From Asterionella formosa (lineage: Eukaryota): a stretch of DNA of 44,714 nucleotides. This document shows positions 33,204 to 44,714 of this stretch, piece after piece (within the stretch, counting starts at the first letter, position 1; each line of letters starts with the position of its first letter). The notes beneath the pieces were generated by a model that had not been told where the DNA came from, did not search any database, and saw nothing but the letters and a program-made list of their open reading frames with translations. Where the stretch lies: assembly GCA_002256025.1 (NCBI GenBank), contig NKIB01014326.1:1-44714 (forward strand). The letters are read 5' to 3'. The translations under genes were made by a program, and so were the position numbers.

Positions 33204-34727
33204 CTACTCGTTATCCTCAATAATACGTCCCTTGAATTGATCCTTCGTAGCTCCACACTCAGGACACTGGAAACCTGCTCCATAAAACTTGCTTTCACGT
33301 CCTTGTGCAATAAAAATAGTGAATCCACAGTTTCCACATTCATAAATGTTGTTTGGGTCGTCTGCCGCTTCATCTTCTCCAGATGCTTTTGCCTCAGCTT
33401 TATCCTTCTCATCCGTTAGGTTCCCATCAGCATCTATCTTACGTCCCTTCTTATCGTACATCTGATTTTGGTTGCCATACATCTTTTCAGTATCTGACAT
33501 GAAGCCCTTGTTTCCTTCCTCCTCGAAAATTGTTATTGCAGTCTTCTTATCCAGGCCCAATAGTTCCCAACCACTAGTCAGTGACTTTTGATTCTTTCCA
33601 GAGAGTTGGACAGTTGATCGGTAGGCGGCCTCAGCCATGGCTCTATAGTGATGTGAGAAATTGTCAGTTTCAACGAATTGCCTGTATCGAAAAACATATC
33701 ACACATTTGTTTTCGTTGTAACTCACTGTTGAGAAACCTCGACGATGTGTTCTGCATTAATGCCATCTCCACGGTATGTAGCCATTATCATATCTCTGAC
33801 AGGAAGCAAGGCAGCCTTTCCTTCCTTAGACTTGAGGATGCGAGACCCAAAAAAGTATAGCTTTCCGGCAGTAGAAATCTTATCTTGGCCCAATTGTTTG
33901 CACAAAGATACTAGTATGTTGGCAGCTTTTTCTTCTGAGAGACCAAAAATCTGAAAGACATAAGACATGGAGCTATTATGTACAGCGACAAATCAGGTGA
34001 GCCACAAAATCATCAACAACAGCTGTTGTACATATAAGAATTCGTTCTCCGCCTACCTGATTGCTTTAGGTGTAACAGTCTTCTTCTTGGCATACATTTC
34101 CAAGTACGTTTTCAGCATGGCATCGTTTCGTTTAGGTCCCAACCACAAAAGACGAGCTGCATAGTCTTTTTGACACAATTTCATTTCCTCAAAGTCCCCA
34201 TCATTGTAAACCATATCATTGGCAAATGAATTCAACAATTCATCAGCATTTCCTTCCAGCTTGGTGGTTACCTTCCCCGTCACAAATCGGAACGCAATGG
34301 TCCCGACCACAGCAGGAACCGCCAAAGTCCACAAAATTTCTTGCAAATCAGCCTGTTTGATCCATTCCACTACCCCGTTGGAGGAGGATTTCTGTTGAAA
34401 GGTGGTGATCTTGCCAACTTCTTCCCCATATTCGTCCGCTTCCACTGTTTCACTATCAGCCATGAAATCTTCGTCAGTATAACCGTCGTCCAAAGCTTCC
34501 TCTGAAGTCACTATCATACTACTTGTCAATTTCACCTGCTCGCGTGGTAGCAAGGCCTTGCGGGAACGCGGTTGTTGGTGAACAGCTTGCTCTCCCAAGA
34601 GGTAGTCAAACTCATGAAGATTGGCGAAAAGTGGAACGGACTTTCTCGAAAGAGATACCGACGGCGCAAAACCTTCTGTAGCTGCCAACAGAGTGAGAAG
34701 AGCGATTGCATGGGACGATACTCTCAT
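33204..34727 (-). CDS. Plastid-targeted membrane protein with C-terminal rubredoxin-like CxxC/CxxC domain, ~451 aa; exons 34727-34057, 33972-33727, 33642-33204
   Basis: Signal peptide plus ASAFAP-like motif (MRVSSHAIALLTLLAATEG/FAPS) and a TM segment (ILWTLAVPAVVGTIAF). Two frame-preserving GT-AG introns. C-terminal YECGNCGFTIF...FQCPECGA. Confidence 0.85.
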
Positions 34728-35050
34728 CGTGCCTATTTGCTTGCTCTGTGTTTGCAGAAAGAAATGGGGAATGAAGAAAATGGACAATGGTGGCTGATGT
34801 TTTCGTGCCTTCATACATAACACTGTGTGACGAAAATTTGACAAGTAATTATAGTATAGTACAGTACTGCAGTACAATACCCGTAACTGTTCATTCCATA
34901 TGCGGCACGAGCGATGGGGGATGCATGGTTGCAGATCCTCGTTTCGTTCCAGGTGGCAGTGAAGGTCCGGGTACATACAGCATAGTATTTATTCCGGTAC
35001 CAAAGTCTATGCATGATTCCGTAGTACAACATCTACCCCATCCTCAGCTG

Positions 35051-35695
35051 CCAGGTTCCTGGTACCAGGTACCTGGTACCTGGTGCCCTTATACAATATG
35101 TATGTACCTACGTAGTCGACGTACACTCTCCATACCGGTAGCGTACTGTACGACTTTTTATTGTTGCTTCCTTGCTTGCTCCTGGTCCGCGAACCATGCC
35201 CTGCTGGGTGAAGAATCCCTGTGGATTTGCCCCACTGAGAATACAAATCATTTACAGTATATACCGGTACCGGTTTGACAGTTGAGTTTTGTATGGACGT
35301 GAGATGTGAGTAATGCGGTATATAGTAAAACGAGCAAGCAAACCAAGGGGCCATGCTGCTCCCAAACATGTATGTACCGGGTATGTAGGTAAGAATGCAT
35401 TTCTTCCGGACCTCACATCATGCAGTACCGGTAACAGTTGTATAGAACTACCAGGTACCAGGTACCAGGGACCAATACAGGTACTCCTTGGCACTCCGCA
35501 CGACGGACCGTATATGGTGGGCGGTTCAGCAAGGACCTGGTACCAGGTACCAGGGTAACAGGTAGAGTACATACCAGGTACCTGGCACCCTCATAATTAC
35601 GGGTAAATCATAGCTTTGTATGTACCGGTAATACAGTACAGACGAGCGATAATTCTAAGTTTAGCTACCAGGTACCGTACCGAGTACCGGTAATT
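35051..35695. repeat. Dense GGTACC/CCWGG/CCGG repeat clusters in a divergent intergenic region
   Basis: Examples at 35051-35084 (ccaggttcctggtaccaggtacctggtacctggt), 35448-35470, 35536-35586 and 35667-35692. Confidence 0.8.
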
Positions 35696-36058
35696 TATAC
35701 CTTTACACTCTCTATATTTGCTTCAAGTATGTGGCACTCCGTGCTTGGATCAGGTAATGGTGCGGTTTGTACCATGTTCTACATGGAACGAATAATTATC
35801 GATCCCATTCTCTAAATTGGCGCTACATGGCTGCCGGTTGTATCTAAACGGACGTTCAGAAAGTTCATCACATCGTCCAGAATAGTTTGGTCGACTATTA
35901 CATGCTTTACTCTCCAGCCACAAGGGTAAAGTGCCAGTAGGTCTCGGATAAGGAACGAGAGAGAGGGAGAGAGCGAACGCAACGAAAACCCACCACCGAA
36001 AGGGAGGCACCACGGGCAGTCAAGTCACTTCAACTGTCTTTGTGTTTTGCGGCTCGAA

Positions 36059-38957
36059 ATGAAGAGGGCACTGGCGCAGCGAGCCAAGGAGAGTGGTCAT
36101 CCCAATGGATTAGCACCAGCGGTGGTCGCTTCGAGTGGACAACCTCCTCAAAAGCTAGCGAAGGTGGACCCGACAGAAGATACACACCGGCTAGCCGCCC
36201 CATCCTCGTTGTTGTCGTTGTCGGCACTGCCCCCTGTTGTAGTGTCTATGCCTTCGCCTCGTGATGCTCCAAAAAATAGCAGCTCCAATCTCAAGACTTC
36301 CATGAAACGCCAAAGGTCGACCGCGGGCTCGGATGATGAGGACGACGAAGATCAGTCTGCATTTTATCTGAAACATCAGAATGCAGCACTGGCGTCGGAA
36401 CTCAAGCAGCTACAGTATCAGTTTCGTCTGATGGAGAAAGAACGAGATAGTAGAAGAAAACAGTGCCATGCAGCGAATCAAGCTCTACAAGCTCTGGAAT
36501 CCACTTGGACGCAAATGGAAGTGGCTCTACAATTGGGACAGCAACCTCCGGAAGAATCGGTGCGTGACAACGGTGAACACGTGATTTTTGCTGCTTATAA
36601 TTTATTTATTTAATTCATATCATCGAGAGCCTTTGCTAACCTCAATTATTTCAAACAACGCACCGCAGTTACGGGAGTTAAGCTCACTAAATGGAACACA
36701 TCTATCAGAAGACATGCCAAGAAGTACAGGAATTGGGGAATGTGTGGAACTCATTGGAGCTTTACTAGATGCACTTGCAGCGCTGGGGGGCACGAATCAA
36801 GGAGGAGATCTGAACGACATGACTCGGATAGCAAAGGCCGTATCAGCTCGTGCAACGGTTCTGCAGCGATGGATTTGGAGCTTGCTCAGGAAAGTTACCT
36901 CTGGTGAAGAAATCAGCAATGCAATCTTTGATAATGCCGCATTGGAAGGTCAAATATCAATTCTCAAATCCAAATGCCGGGACTATGAAGCGCAAATAGC
37001 TGAGTTGGTCAAGTCTAGGGATGATGCAGCTACATCGGATCGAAGAGTCCGACGAGGCCTGTATCGATTATCGGCAGGTCGGATGACCCTGGCGGACGTT
37101 ATAAAAGCTGTCGACGATTCAGACAAGGATGGGACGGCAGCACTCATGGCGCTGGAAGAAGCAATAGAAACGCCGATTTTGACTGCTTCAACGGTGGCAG
37201 CTGTCAATGACGGTGATGTCGTTGATAGTACACATGTTGCTGTACTAAAGAAGCAGCTGCAAGATCTCGAGGAAATTGCAGCTGCTCGGGAACAGCAAAT
37301 TGAGAAGGTACGTGCTCGCTTTCTTGGAATTTCAAAGCTATCGATTTTTTCTATTCCTTACTTTTTTGGTTCGTTGCTACAGTTGGTATCGGAACGAGAG
37401 GAACATATGAAACGAATTAACTCTCTATTGCTCCCGAACGACACAAAAAGAAATCCAGAAGAGATTTCCGACGAAGAAATTAAGCGATCTGTTTTGTACT
37501 CTGAATTGTCCACAAAATTATTAACATCAGAACGGCAGTTGCAGGAAATGCGTACGAAGCTGGAAAAAACTAAGCATGAATGGGCTATCGCAAGAGGAGA
37601 TGCTGACTTTGCAACAAAGGGTCTCGAGGAAAATCTCGCAAAGTATAGAAAAAGATGGTACGAGCTTACTGGCAACGAAGCGAGTGAAAACGGCGGCAAT
37701 AACAACGCTCCTGACGATGCAGTTGTTCAAGCTAAGCGAATTATTGAACTGGAACATAAGCTGAACCAAGCTCTCGAGAACGTACGACAAGCCGACACTG
37801 TTCGCGATTCACTTGACACGGCTATCTCTATGAATGAGGCACTGACTGTTAAGGTCGATCAAATGAAGGCCAAGCATTTGGCTGAAATTGCTGGTGTTGG
37901 AAAGAATATTTCACCGCCCTTATCGGCCTTGCAGTCCGCCGCGAAGGAGACACCAAACAAGGACAAGGAAAAAATAGGGATGTCGACACCCTTACCAGAT
38001 GCCAACAAGGCTGAAAAAATGCAGAGGGAACACCGTAGAATGCGTAAAGAGCTCGAGGTAGCCAGGGCAAGCAAGGAATCTGCAAGAGCAAAGCAAGAGG
38101 TGAGAGAGAATTTTACAAAAATTAGCACATGCGTTGTTTTATCTAAGCTCAAACTGTTCCTTGCATAATTATTTCAGCGCGCCGAAAAGGAGCGTGATTC
38201 TCTGATGAAAACTAATCTGGGACTGTTGCAACAAAGCTCCGAGAAGGATGATATGAATGCAAAATCTTTATCCACCATTTTGCACTTGAAGAATTTAACG
38301 GAGAAGTTAACGCAAGAAAAGGATCTTTTGGAGTTGCAAATGAAGTCTTCAGAACAAATTCAATTGGCTGTTAGGCTGGCCACGAATGCTCGGGAACGAG
38401 TAATGGAAGAATCTTTAAAGGAAAAGAATGAACTTCAGGATTTGATTGACGCTCTCAACGAAGATTGCGAGTCTCTGAAACAGATCAAAGAAGTTGCCGA
38501 GGGGAATCTCGCCCGGAAGAATGCAGAAATGTCAACATTAGAGGAGTTGGCGCACAAGGCCAAAGAACGAAGCGATGAGCTCGTGTTGGAATCAACGAAA
38601 CAGGAAGAAGACAAGCGTGCACTTCTCGAAAAGCTAGCTATAGCTCAACGAGATGCTGTGGAAGCATCCAAGCAATGTGCAACTCTACGTGCTCGCCAGC
38701 TTGCGGGTGCTGGTAGTGGGGACGATGGCGGGTCGTCTGTGTTTACAACTGATCAACTCACTACTCAAATCTCCGTCTTGAAGAGTCGCCTGGCGTGCCC
38801 TGTATGCAATCATCGTGATAAAAAATGCATTTTGTTGCGGTGCCGGCACATGTTTTGCAAACAATGCATTGACGAGACTGTACGCAACCGCTCTCGAAAA
38901 TGCCCAGCATGTGGTCAGCGTTTTGATACCAAGGATATTGGCGATGTATGGCTGTAG
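36059..38957 (+). CDS. BRE1: BRE1-like E3 ubiquitin ligase (histone H2B monoubiquitination), ~878 aa; exons 36059-36559, 36669-37307, 37383-38099, 38178-38957
   Basis: Long coiled coil with NLGLLQQSSEKDDMNAKSLS and a terminal C3HC4 RING (CPVCNHRDKKCILLRCRHMFCKQC...RSRKCPACGQRF...DV). Three phase-0 GT-AG introns join the ORFs. Confidence 0.9.
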
Positions 38958-38988
38958 AATGGGTAAAGACCACTATTAGGTTCTTTCG

Positions 38989-39405
38989 CTAGCCTATTTT
39001 CCTTTCTAAATCTGCGATCGATGCATTGAGCGAAGCCAACGCAACCGTTTTTGTCTCAACATCGTCTTTATAAACAGGAATTCCATTCGCATGGAAAGCT
39101 CCTCCACTATTGTAAATCGTTTTCAGTATCCTTCGACTTCGTTCAATATGGGCCACCAAGAGCTGCTGCAATCTAGGGTGGCCAAGCTCAATCGTTTGCA
39201 ACTGTCTCAGATCTGACTGGACTTGTTGCAGTGATGATTGCAGATTGTCCAGGTGGGCATGTAACTTGAGTGAAAAAAGTGCTGTTGTTCGTTTCTCTTC
39301 AATCAAAGCATTCTGGATGCGGGTCTGAGCATTGCAATACGTTTCTAAATTTCGATATTGTCGATGGAGAAGGCCTAATACACCACTATCGTGCTGCACC
39401 GTCAT
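38989..39405 (-). CDS. Hypothetical coiled-coil protein, 138 aa
   Basis: ATG-initiated helical ORF ending 31 bp from the BRE1 stop. No recognised domain. Confidence 0.55.
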   Translation of the reverse strand: MTVQHDSGVLGLLHRQYRNLETYCNAQTRIQNALIEEKRTTALFSLKLHAHLDNLQSSLQQVQSDLRQLQTIELGHPRLQQLLVAHIERSRRILKTIYNSGGAFHANGIPVYKDDVETKTVALASLNASIADLERKIG

Positions 39406-39486
39406 GATGCGAGCAGATGTTCTAACTGTATCGGGAGGAGTCTAAAAACGAAATAATAATGAGGATTGATTCACTCCTTGGTTTTG

Positions 39487-39685
39487 ACCAGGTACCCTTG
39501 GTACCTGGCACTCTATACAGGGAGTAAGTACCGGTACTACTGATGTTTTGGAACAAAAAATCCATTGAATGACTGACCAGGTACCAGGTACCAGGTAACC
39601 TGGTACCGGTAGTCTTTCAGAATTACTACCGGTGGTAGCTATGATAATTCTCTGCTAGCTAATACCGGGTACCTGTACCAGGTAG
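39487..39685. repeat. GGTACC/CCWGG repeat cluster in a divergent intergenic region
   Basis: accaggtaccaggtaccaggtaacctggtaccggta and neighbouring copies. Confidence 0.8.
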
Positions 39686-39923
39686 TCGAACGCACACCAG
39701 TATGGAGATGGTGTAGCGAAATCACGGTGTCTATTATGCACACAGGATAAGCAATGTGTGAAATCGAAGAAAGACTTAAAAATTTGCTCCATAATATAAT
39801 AATGAAACTGCCTCATCTGTCTCGTTCATTTATGTCACCATAGACCAGTGAACTTGCACCTTTGAACTCAAGCAGTCATTCCCTCATTCTCCCAGTCAAT
39901 CGTGTGGTTGAATTTGCCTCATC

Positions 39924-41214
39924 ATGATGCCTCCCCAAGTAACTCTTGAATCTCAGAGTAATCGCCAGACCCCCGCTCTTCCTCGCGACGTTTGTCAGAA
40001 GGCCGCAAAATATGCTGTAAAAGTTTGCCATGAAGCTTCTAGCTACAGCAAATTGGATGGAAGTAGCGATAGTATCGCGCTCTTTGAGAGGGAAGAAATT
40101 GTTGTCGGAGATTTGCTTGGTAGTGGAGGATTCAACAACGTTTTTGAGGTTACGTCCGTCCAACTCAACGAAGGAGGCGGTCGTCATGTCAAACTGACAT
40201 CGACACAGACTCAAGAGCTAGCTCGAAAGTCAGTGGCCAAGAGAGGAAAAAATCCAGAGGCCCTAGCCGTGAAATTTCTCAACGAGCATGCCATGGCAAA
40301 TAGCGAAGATTATTGCAATGGTGCAGCAGATTTATTACTTGAAGCTCGCTATCTTTCATTACTTGCTGGTTATCCGCATCCACACTTGATTCGATTGCAT
40401 GGTATTGCAGCTGCAGGCGCAAATGGATTTTCAGAGGGTGTCGAAGCAGGGTATTTTTTGGTACTCGATCGGTTATATGATTCATTAGACAGGAGATTGG
40501 AAATATGGAAAGAGTTAGAACGAAGGAAAGTCAATGGCATCGGCGAAAATCCTGATTTTGCGCTTCATTTAAAAGCACTCTTCCTTAAGCGTCTTATGGT
40601 AGGTTTGGACCTATGTAGCGCACTGGAGCATCTGCATAAGCTGAGGATTGTATTTAGAGACTTGAAGCCTGATAACGTTGGTACGTTGTGAATGATGGAG
40701 GGGATGTGGCGGTAGACCCTTCTTTCCTTGTATACTTACTCTTTTTCTAGGGTTTGACTTTGGTGGTGTACTCAAAATATTTGATTTTGGTTTAGCTAAG
40801 GAGCTAGATCCTAGGCAAAAGCAGCAAGATGGTCGATACAAAATGAGTGGAGCAACGGGCTCACGACGATATATGGCACCAGAAGTTGCACTATCGCAGC
40901 CATACTTCCTATCTGCTGATGTTTACTCATTTGGAATACTTTTGTGGGAAGTCTTGAGTTTTGAGAAAGCATATGGGGAACTTAGTGTTAACGAGCACAA
41001 GGAGGAGGTTATACAAGGAGATCGAAGGCCGAAACTCAGTAAGCGATGGTCACAGTTGCTACATAATTTATTAGATAGTTGCTGGCACAAGGATCCTCTG
41101 CAAAGGCCTCCAATGAAGCAGGTTGGCAAGTATATTCAGCAAGAACTCTCGGCTTACTCCCAGGCAAACAGAATTCCACTGCCTATTTCCACAATCAGAC
41201 GAGGGACAATGTAA
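39924..41214 (+). CDS. Ser/Thr (TKL-like) protein kinase of a diatom-expanded family; exons 39924-40680 and 40751-41214
   Basis: LGSGGFNNVFEV, AVK, FRDLKPDNVG/FD across the GT-AG intron 40681-40750, DFGLAKE, TGSRRYMAPE and DVYSFGILLWE. Confidence 0.95.
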
Positions 41215-43229
41215 CATCAAAGTTGAGATGTCTGGCAGGAGTTCATGAGGGTATCCTTTATCCCATCTAAGTATTCATTATGAATGAATTCAAATTGTGG
41301 AACTAACCAGGTAGATATGATTGTTTTTCAGCCATCCAGAGTTCTGGGTTGTGATAATTCTTGTTACCTCATCTATAGGAACAAGGTATTCAGTCTGCTC
41401 ATTCATTTTGTAGGATTTTCCTTTATTAGAAATAGTTTGAAGAAAAGAATAGCCTCCTATTTTGTAAAAACCGAAATCATTCCTGCCATATTTAGATCGA
41501 TCGCTAGAGTACTACAACAATGCTGTACATGCATGCACTTTTTGTTGGTTTTTCAATCTCTTGTGTTGCTACTTCTAAGGTGCAGTAGTGGGAGTTAGAA
41601 TGCTTTCGGTGAACTTCAAATAATTGTGCTCATGGTGATCGCATGAGTTACCAGTTTATATGTCTTCACCCCCTAAGGGATTGCCATGCAAAACGTCTCA
41701 CAGATTAATGGCAGTCAATTATTGACTGGTTGCTCCCCATTTTTAGAGTCCAATCGACAGGCAGGGTCCTTGCATTGCAAGGGATCACTGGTGGTAATTT
41801 CCTCCAGGTAAATACTGCATTTCTTGTCAAAGTAATGCCTTTGGTGTTTCGACTTGAGCCAAACTAGATCATTTATTGGTCTCTATCCGGTACTCAAGCG
41901 CCCTATTATATCGCTCAAGAAGGCAGCATCAACGTTCGTCAAATTCGTTTCACCAGAAGTTTCAATCGCTCACCAGGTGCAGTCATCTCAGAAATGTCAG
42001 CATATTGAAAGGTAGTGCTCCTCTCACAGCCACTTTTGACGGAACAATAAGGTTCGACCCAGATGGTGGAACTTTATCTTCTCCTGGGATGTTGTCGATG
42101 GCTGTGAGAATTTGTATATGATTCGAGATTGAAGAAACGTGATTGTGATTTCACGAGGTAATTTTTGACTGTGCTTGTTTGTACTCCACCATCAGTTTCA
42201 ATGAATTCTTCAGCTGTTGGAGGCACACATTGGCTGTTGCAGGAAACACCTTAATTCAACATGAGAACTACAGCAACTGACAGTGCTCCTAAAACCCTTC
42301 AAGATATCCCTAGTCTTAGAGATAGTAGCTACGATAAGTTCACTTAACACATTGGCATCCCTATTTGTCACAGACTGTTGGTAATAACTTGACTTAAAAA
42401 TCAGCTCAACGAAGTCCTCGAAATGACGAAAGATCACTAGGCTTAACAACGGTCATTGTATGAAAGGTTGAGCCACAATTGGTAAAGATTGACTTTGATA
42501 CCAACCCATCCAACCTGGAAGTCTGTCTATCGACGAGATCGTTGTGACGACTTCAAAGCGTATAACTATTTGGGAGAATCATTTGTTGACGGTTGATCTT
42601 GTGCAATTAAATCGTTATGTCTTCAATTCATGGTCACACGGTGGAAGTTAAAGCCACTCAATTCTTGTCAGGCCTAATACATGTATAGTTCCTAACTTTG
42701 TTTTGAATTTGACGAGTGTTTGCTAGCACACCTACCTTGCAAATCAACGGCTAGGCCTACTCAAAAACCGACAGCTTTGTCGTTGCTTTTAAGCGATTGT
42801 TCGCAACCATTTCAATGCGAAGAATGGGCAAGGGACCGTGTCAATCGACATCTAGATGTAAATCCGGTTTTGTTTGCTTGCAGAAGGTTACCAGCAACAA
42901 CGGACAAGACTACAATACCAGTCGATGGTGCATGCTTCCAAAAGAAAAGCCAAAGTGGAATGATTTTCCTTCAAGAATTGACCAGCTGGACACAAGAATG
43001 TCATCTACATGGCTGTGCAGCATTCTCCAATTGGGGATCACTTTCATTTCCAACTAGTACAGGGAAATAGCTCAATAGTAGAAACTGACTTTTCTATAGC
43101 TTATGACATGGTGGTAAGGCGCTGGTTTGTTGTGCCTACCCATTCGACTTCCTCAGGTCTCTACAGTAGATTTCATACTCTACCTTTTTTTGAACCTTAT
43201 CAGCAATCAATGACCCTACACATACAATG

Positions 43230-43720
43230 TGTTAAATTGTCTAGTTAAAATATCACAGATCTTACTTTTAAGATCTCTAAAGCTGAAAACGTATTTTCAC
43301 TTTACACTTTGTAATATTGTGAGCTTTCTGTTAATAGTCTATCTAGGTCTTGTTCTTGCCTGATTACTCATGTAATCCCGAACAAGACTTCTCACACTTT
43401 CCTTGATCTCGTCAAGAATGATCTTGCTTACTTTGACAATAAGTAAGCATATTCATTTGACAATAAGTGAACAGCACTTATTCTTTTGACAATAAGTGAG
43501 CATCTGATTCACTTGTCAATAAGTAACATCTCCAGTCATTTGTCAATAAGTAACATCTCCAGTCATTTGTCAATAAGTAAACATCTCCAGTCCAGTCATT
43601 TGTCAATAAGTAAACATCTCCAGTCATTTGTCAATAAATGTCGAAATGTTTTGGGTCTTGGTTTCTAATTACTACTTAGAATATTGATTCTCGATTCGTT
43701 GGATTCCATATATTTTATCA
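43230..43720 (-). repeat. Putative 3' LTR (~491 bp; distal end inferred)
   Basis: Starts TGATAAAAT right after the PPT. An imperfect inverted match TGTTAAATT lies on the plus strand at 43230. Confidence 0.6.
43430..43640. repeat. Minisatellite (~25-30-bp units) inside the LTR
   Basis: About 8 copies of TTG(A/T)CAATAA(G), the later ones as catttgtcaataagtaa(a)catctccagt. Confidence 0.85.
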
Positions 43721-44714
43721 CCCTCCCTGATCTCGAAACCAACAATCCATGGTCCCATTCATAATGTGGGTTGCATGAGTGTCATGAATTTTCTGAGTGA
43801 CATTCTTTGAAAGTAGGTCTGCAGGATTCTTTAAAGTATTCACATAGTCAACTCTAATATCCCCAGCCTTCACCTTTTCTCGAATGAAATGATATCTCAC
43901 ATCAATGTGCTTAGTTCGTGAACCAACCTGCTGATTCTTTGATAGAAAAATTGCACCTGTGTTGTCTTCTGCAATGATACTGGGCATTTCCACGTATTCA
44001 ACTTCATTGAGTAGATTCATTATAAACGTAGTTTCCTTTGATCCATCTGATAGAGCCACATACTCTGCTTCAGTGCTGGAAACAGTAACAATCTTCTGTC
44101 CTTTCGAAATCCAATTCACTAGCGATGCACCACCAATCGTGCCCAAATATGCCCTTGTCGATTTCCTTGTATCTGGATTGTCCCCAAATGAGCTGTCTAC
44201 CACGTCTTGAACTCGTAATTCATGTGGCGGTCTCATTTTTAATTTTCTGTTCCTTTCATCAGTTGCAATGAAACCTAACAAACGTTCAACAGCACTCCAA
44301 TGGGCATCACCTGGATTCTCTAAATGTTGAGAAAGTTCACGACATGCATTCGCGCATATTGGTCCAACTTTCTTCACAAAATACAACAATTTTCCAACCA
44401 TTGAACGATATTCTTTGTGGAGAATCACTTTGTCTGGATTCATTCTGAGAACAATTCCTGGAAATGCTGGGGTTGATGCATCTCTTGGCTACCTTCCAAA
44501 AATATCATGATAATCTTGTAGCATAACATGCACAAAATCCTCCATGCTCGACTCCAAGTAGCGTCCCACTTTATCTTGGCCCCAATTGTACCACACTCCC
44601 AAATGCTTCTTCAAAGGGCCAAGCTCCTTAATTGTGAAATGTTTCTTGATTTCATTTTTGAACCATTTAATATCATTTGGCTTTCCAGCAATTGCACAAT
44701 CATCGACATGTGTG

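Larger units (their letters stand above)
43230..44714 (-). mobile_element. 3' end of a third Ty1/Copia element (RT, RNase H, PPT, 3' LTR), continuing beyond the window
   Basis: RT HVDD at the window edge, with a frameshift near 44490. Motifs YRSMVGKLLY, VDSSFG, SSTEAEYVALS, EDNTGAI, RTKHIDVRYHFIRE and NPADLLSK. PPT CAGGGAGGG is followed by TG at 43720. Confidence 0.92.

Noticed and set aside
34728..34976. N-terminal extension of the 307-aa ORF in the track
   Set aside because: The signal peptide begins at ATG 34727; the upstream part is non-coding-like.
41600..43200. Short ORFs downstream of the kinase
   Set aside because: Fragmentary with no recognisable domain.
43430..43640. CRISPR-like repeat array
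   Set aside because: No unique spacers, eukaryotic context and located within an LTR; it is a minisatellite.

Overview
Eukaryotic genomic DNA, almost certainly from a diatom: there are short GT-AG introns, an ASAFAP-type bipartite plastid presequence, diatom-type Copia elements, and diatom-expanded kinase, GPCR and TPR-like families. Two short N gaps lie at ~7943-7952 and 21021-21030. Host genes are an S9B dipeptidyl peptidase, a membrane protein of unknown function, a class C GPCR, a TPR-like protein, an Hsp110, a plastid-targeted rubredoxin-domain protein, the BRE1 E3 ligase, a small coiled-coil protein and a TKL-like kinase. Mobile DNA comprises three Ty1/Copia elements, a LINE 3' remnant, an ~800-bp Stowaway/mariner-like element and four copies of an ~90-bp MITE. 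Three signals stand out. (1) A two-LTR Copia (22101-27720) has LTRs, fixed independently by TSD, PBS and PPT, that end AGC...GCT rather than TG...CA; it also has a half-tRNAiMet PBS and lacks its protease. (2) TA-(C/G/GC/CCGG/CCWGG)-TA micro-insertions are pervasive: they build the GGTACCAGGTACC arrays in intergenic DNA and appear as extra codons in the young Copia pol. (3) The Copia at 340-2208 has, at the PBS position, a perfect 14-nt complement of its own LTR, suggesting Tf1-like self-priming. All calls come from reading the sequence by eye; no searches were run.
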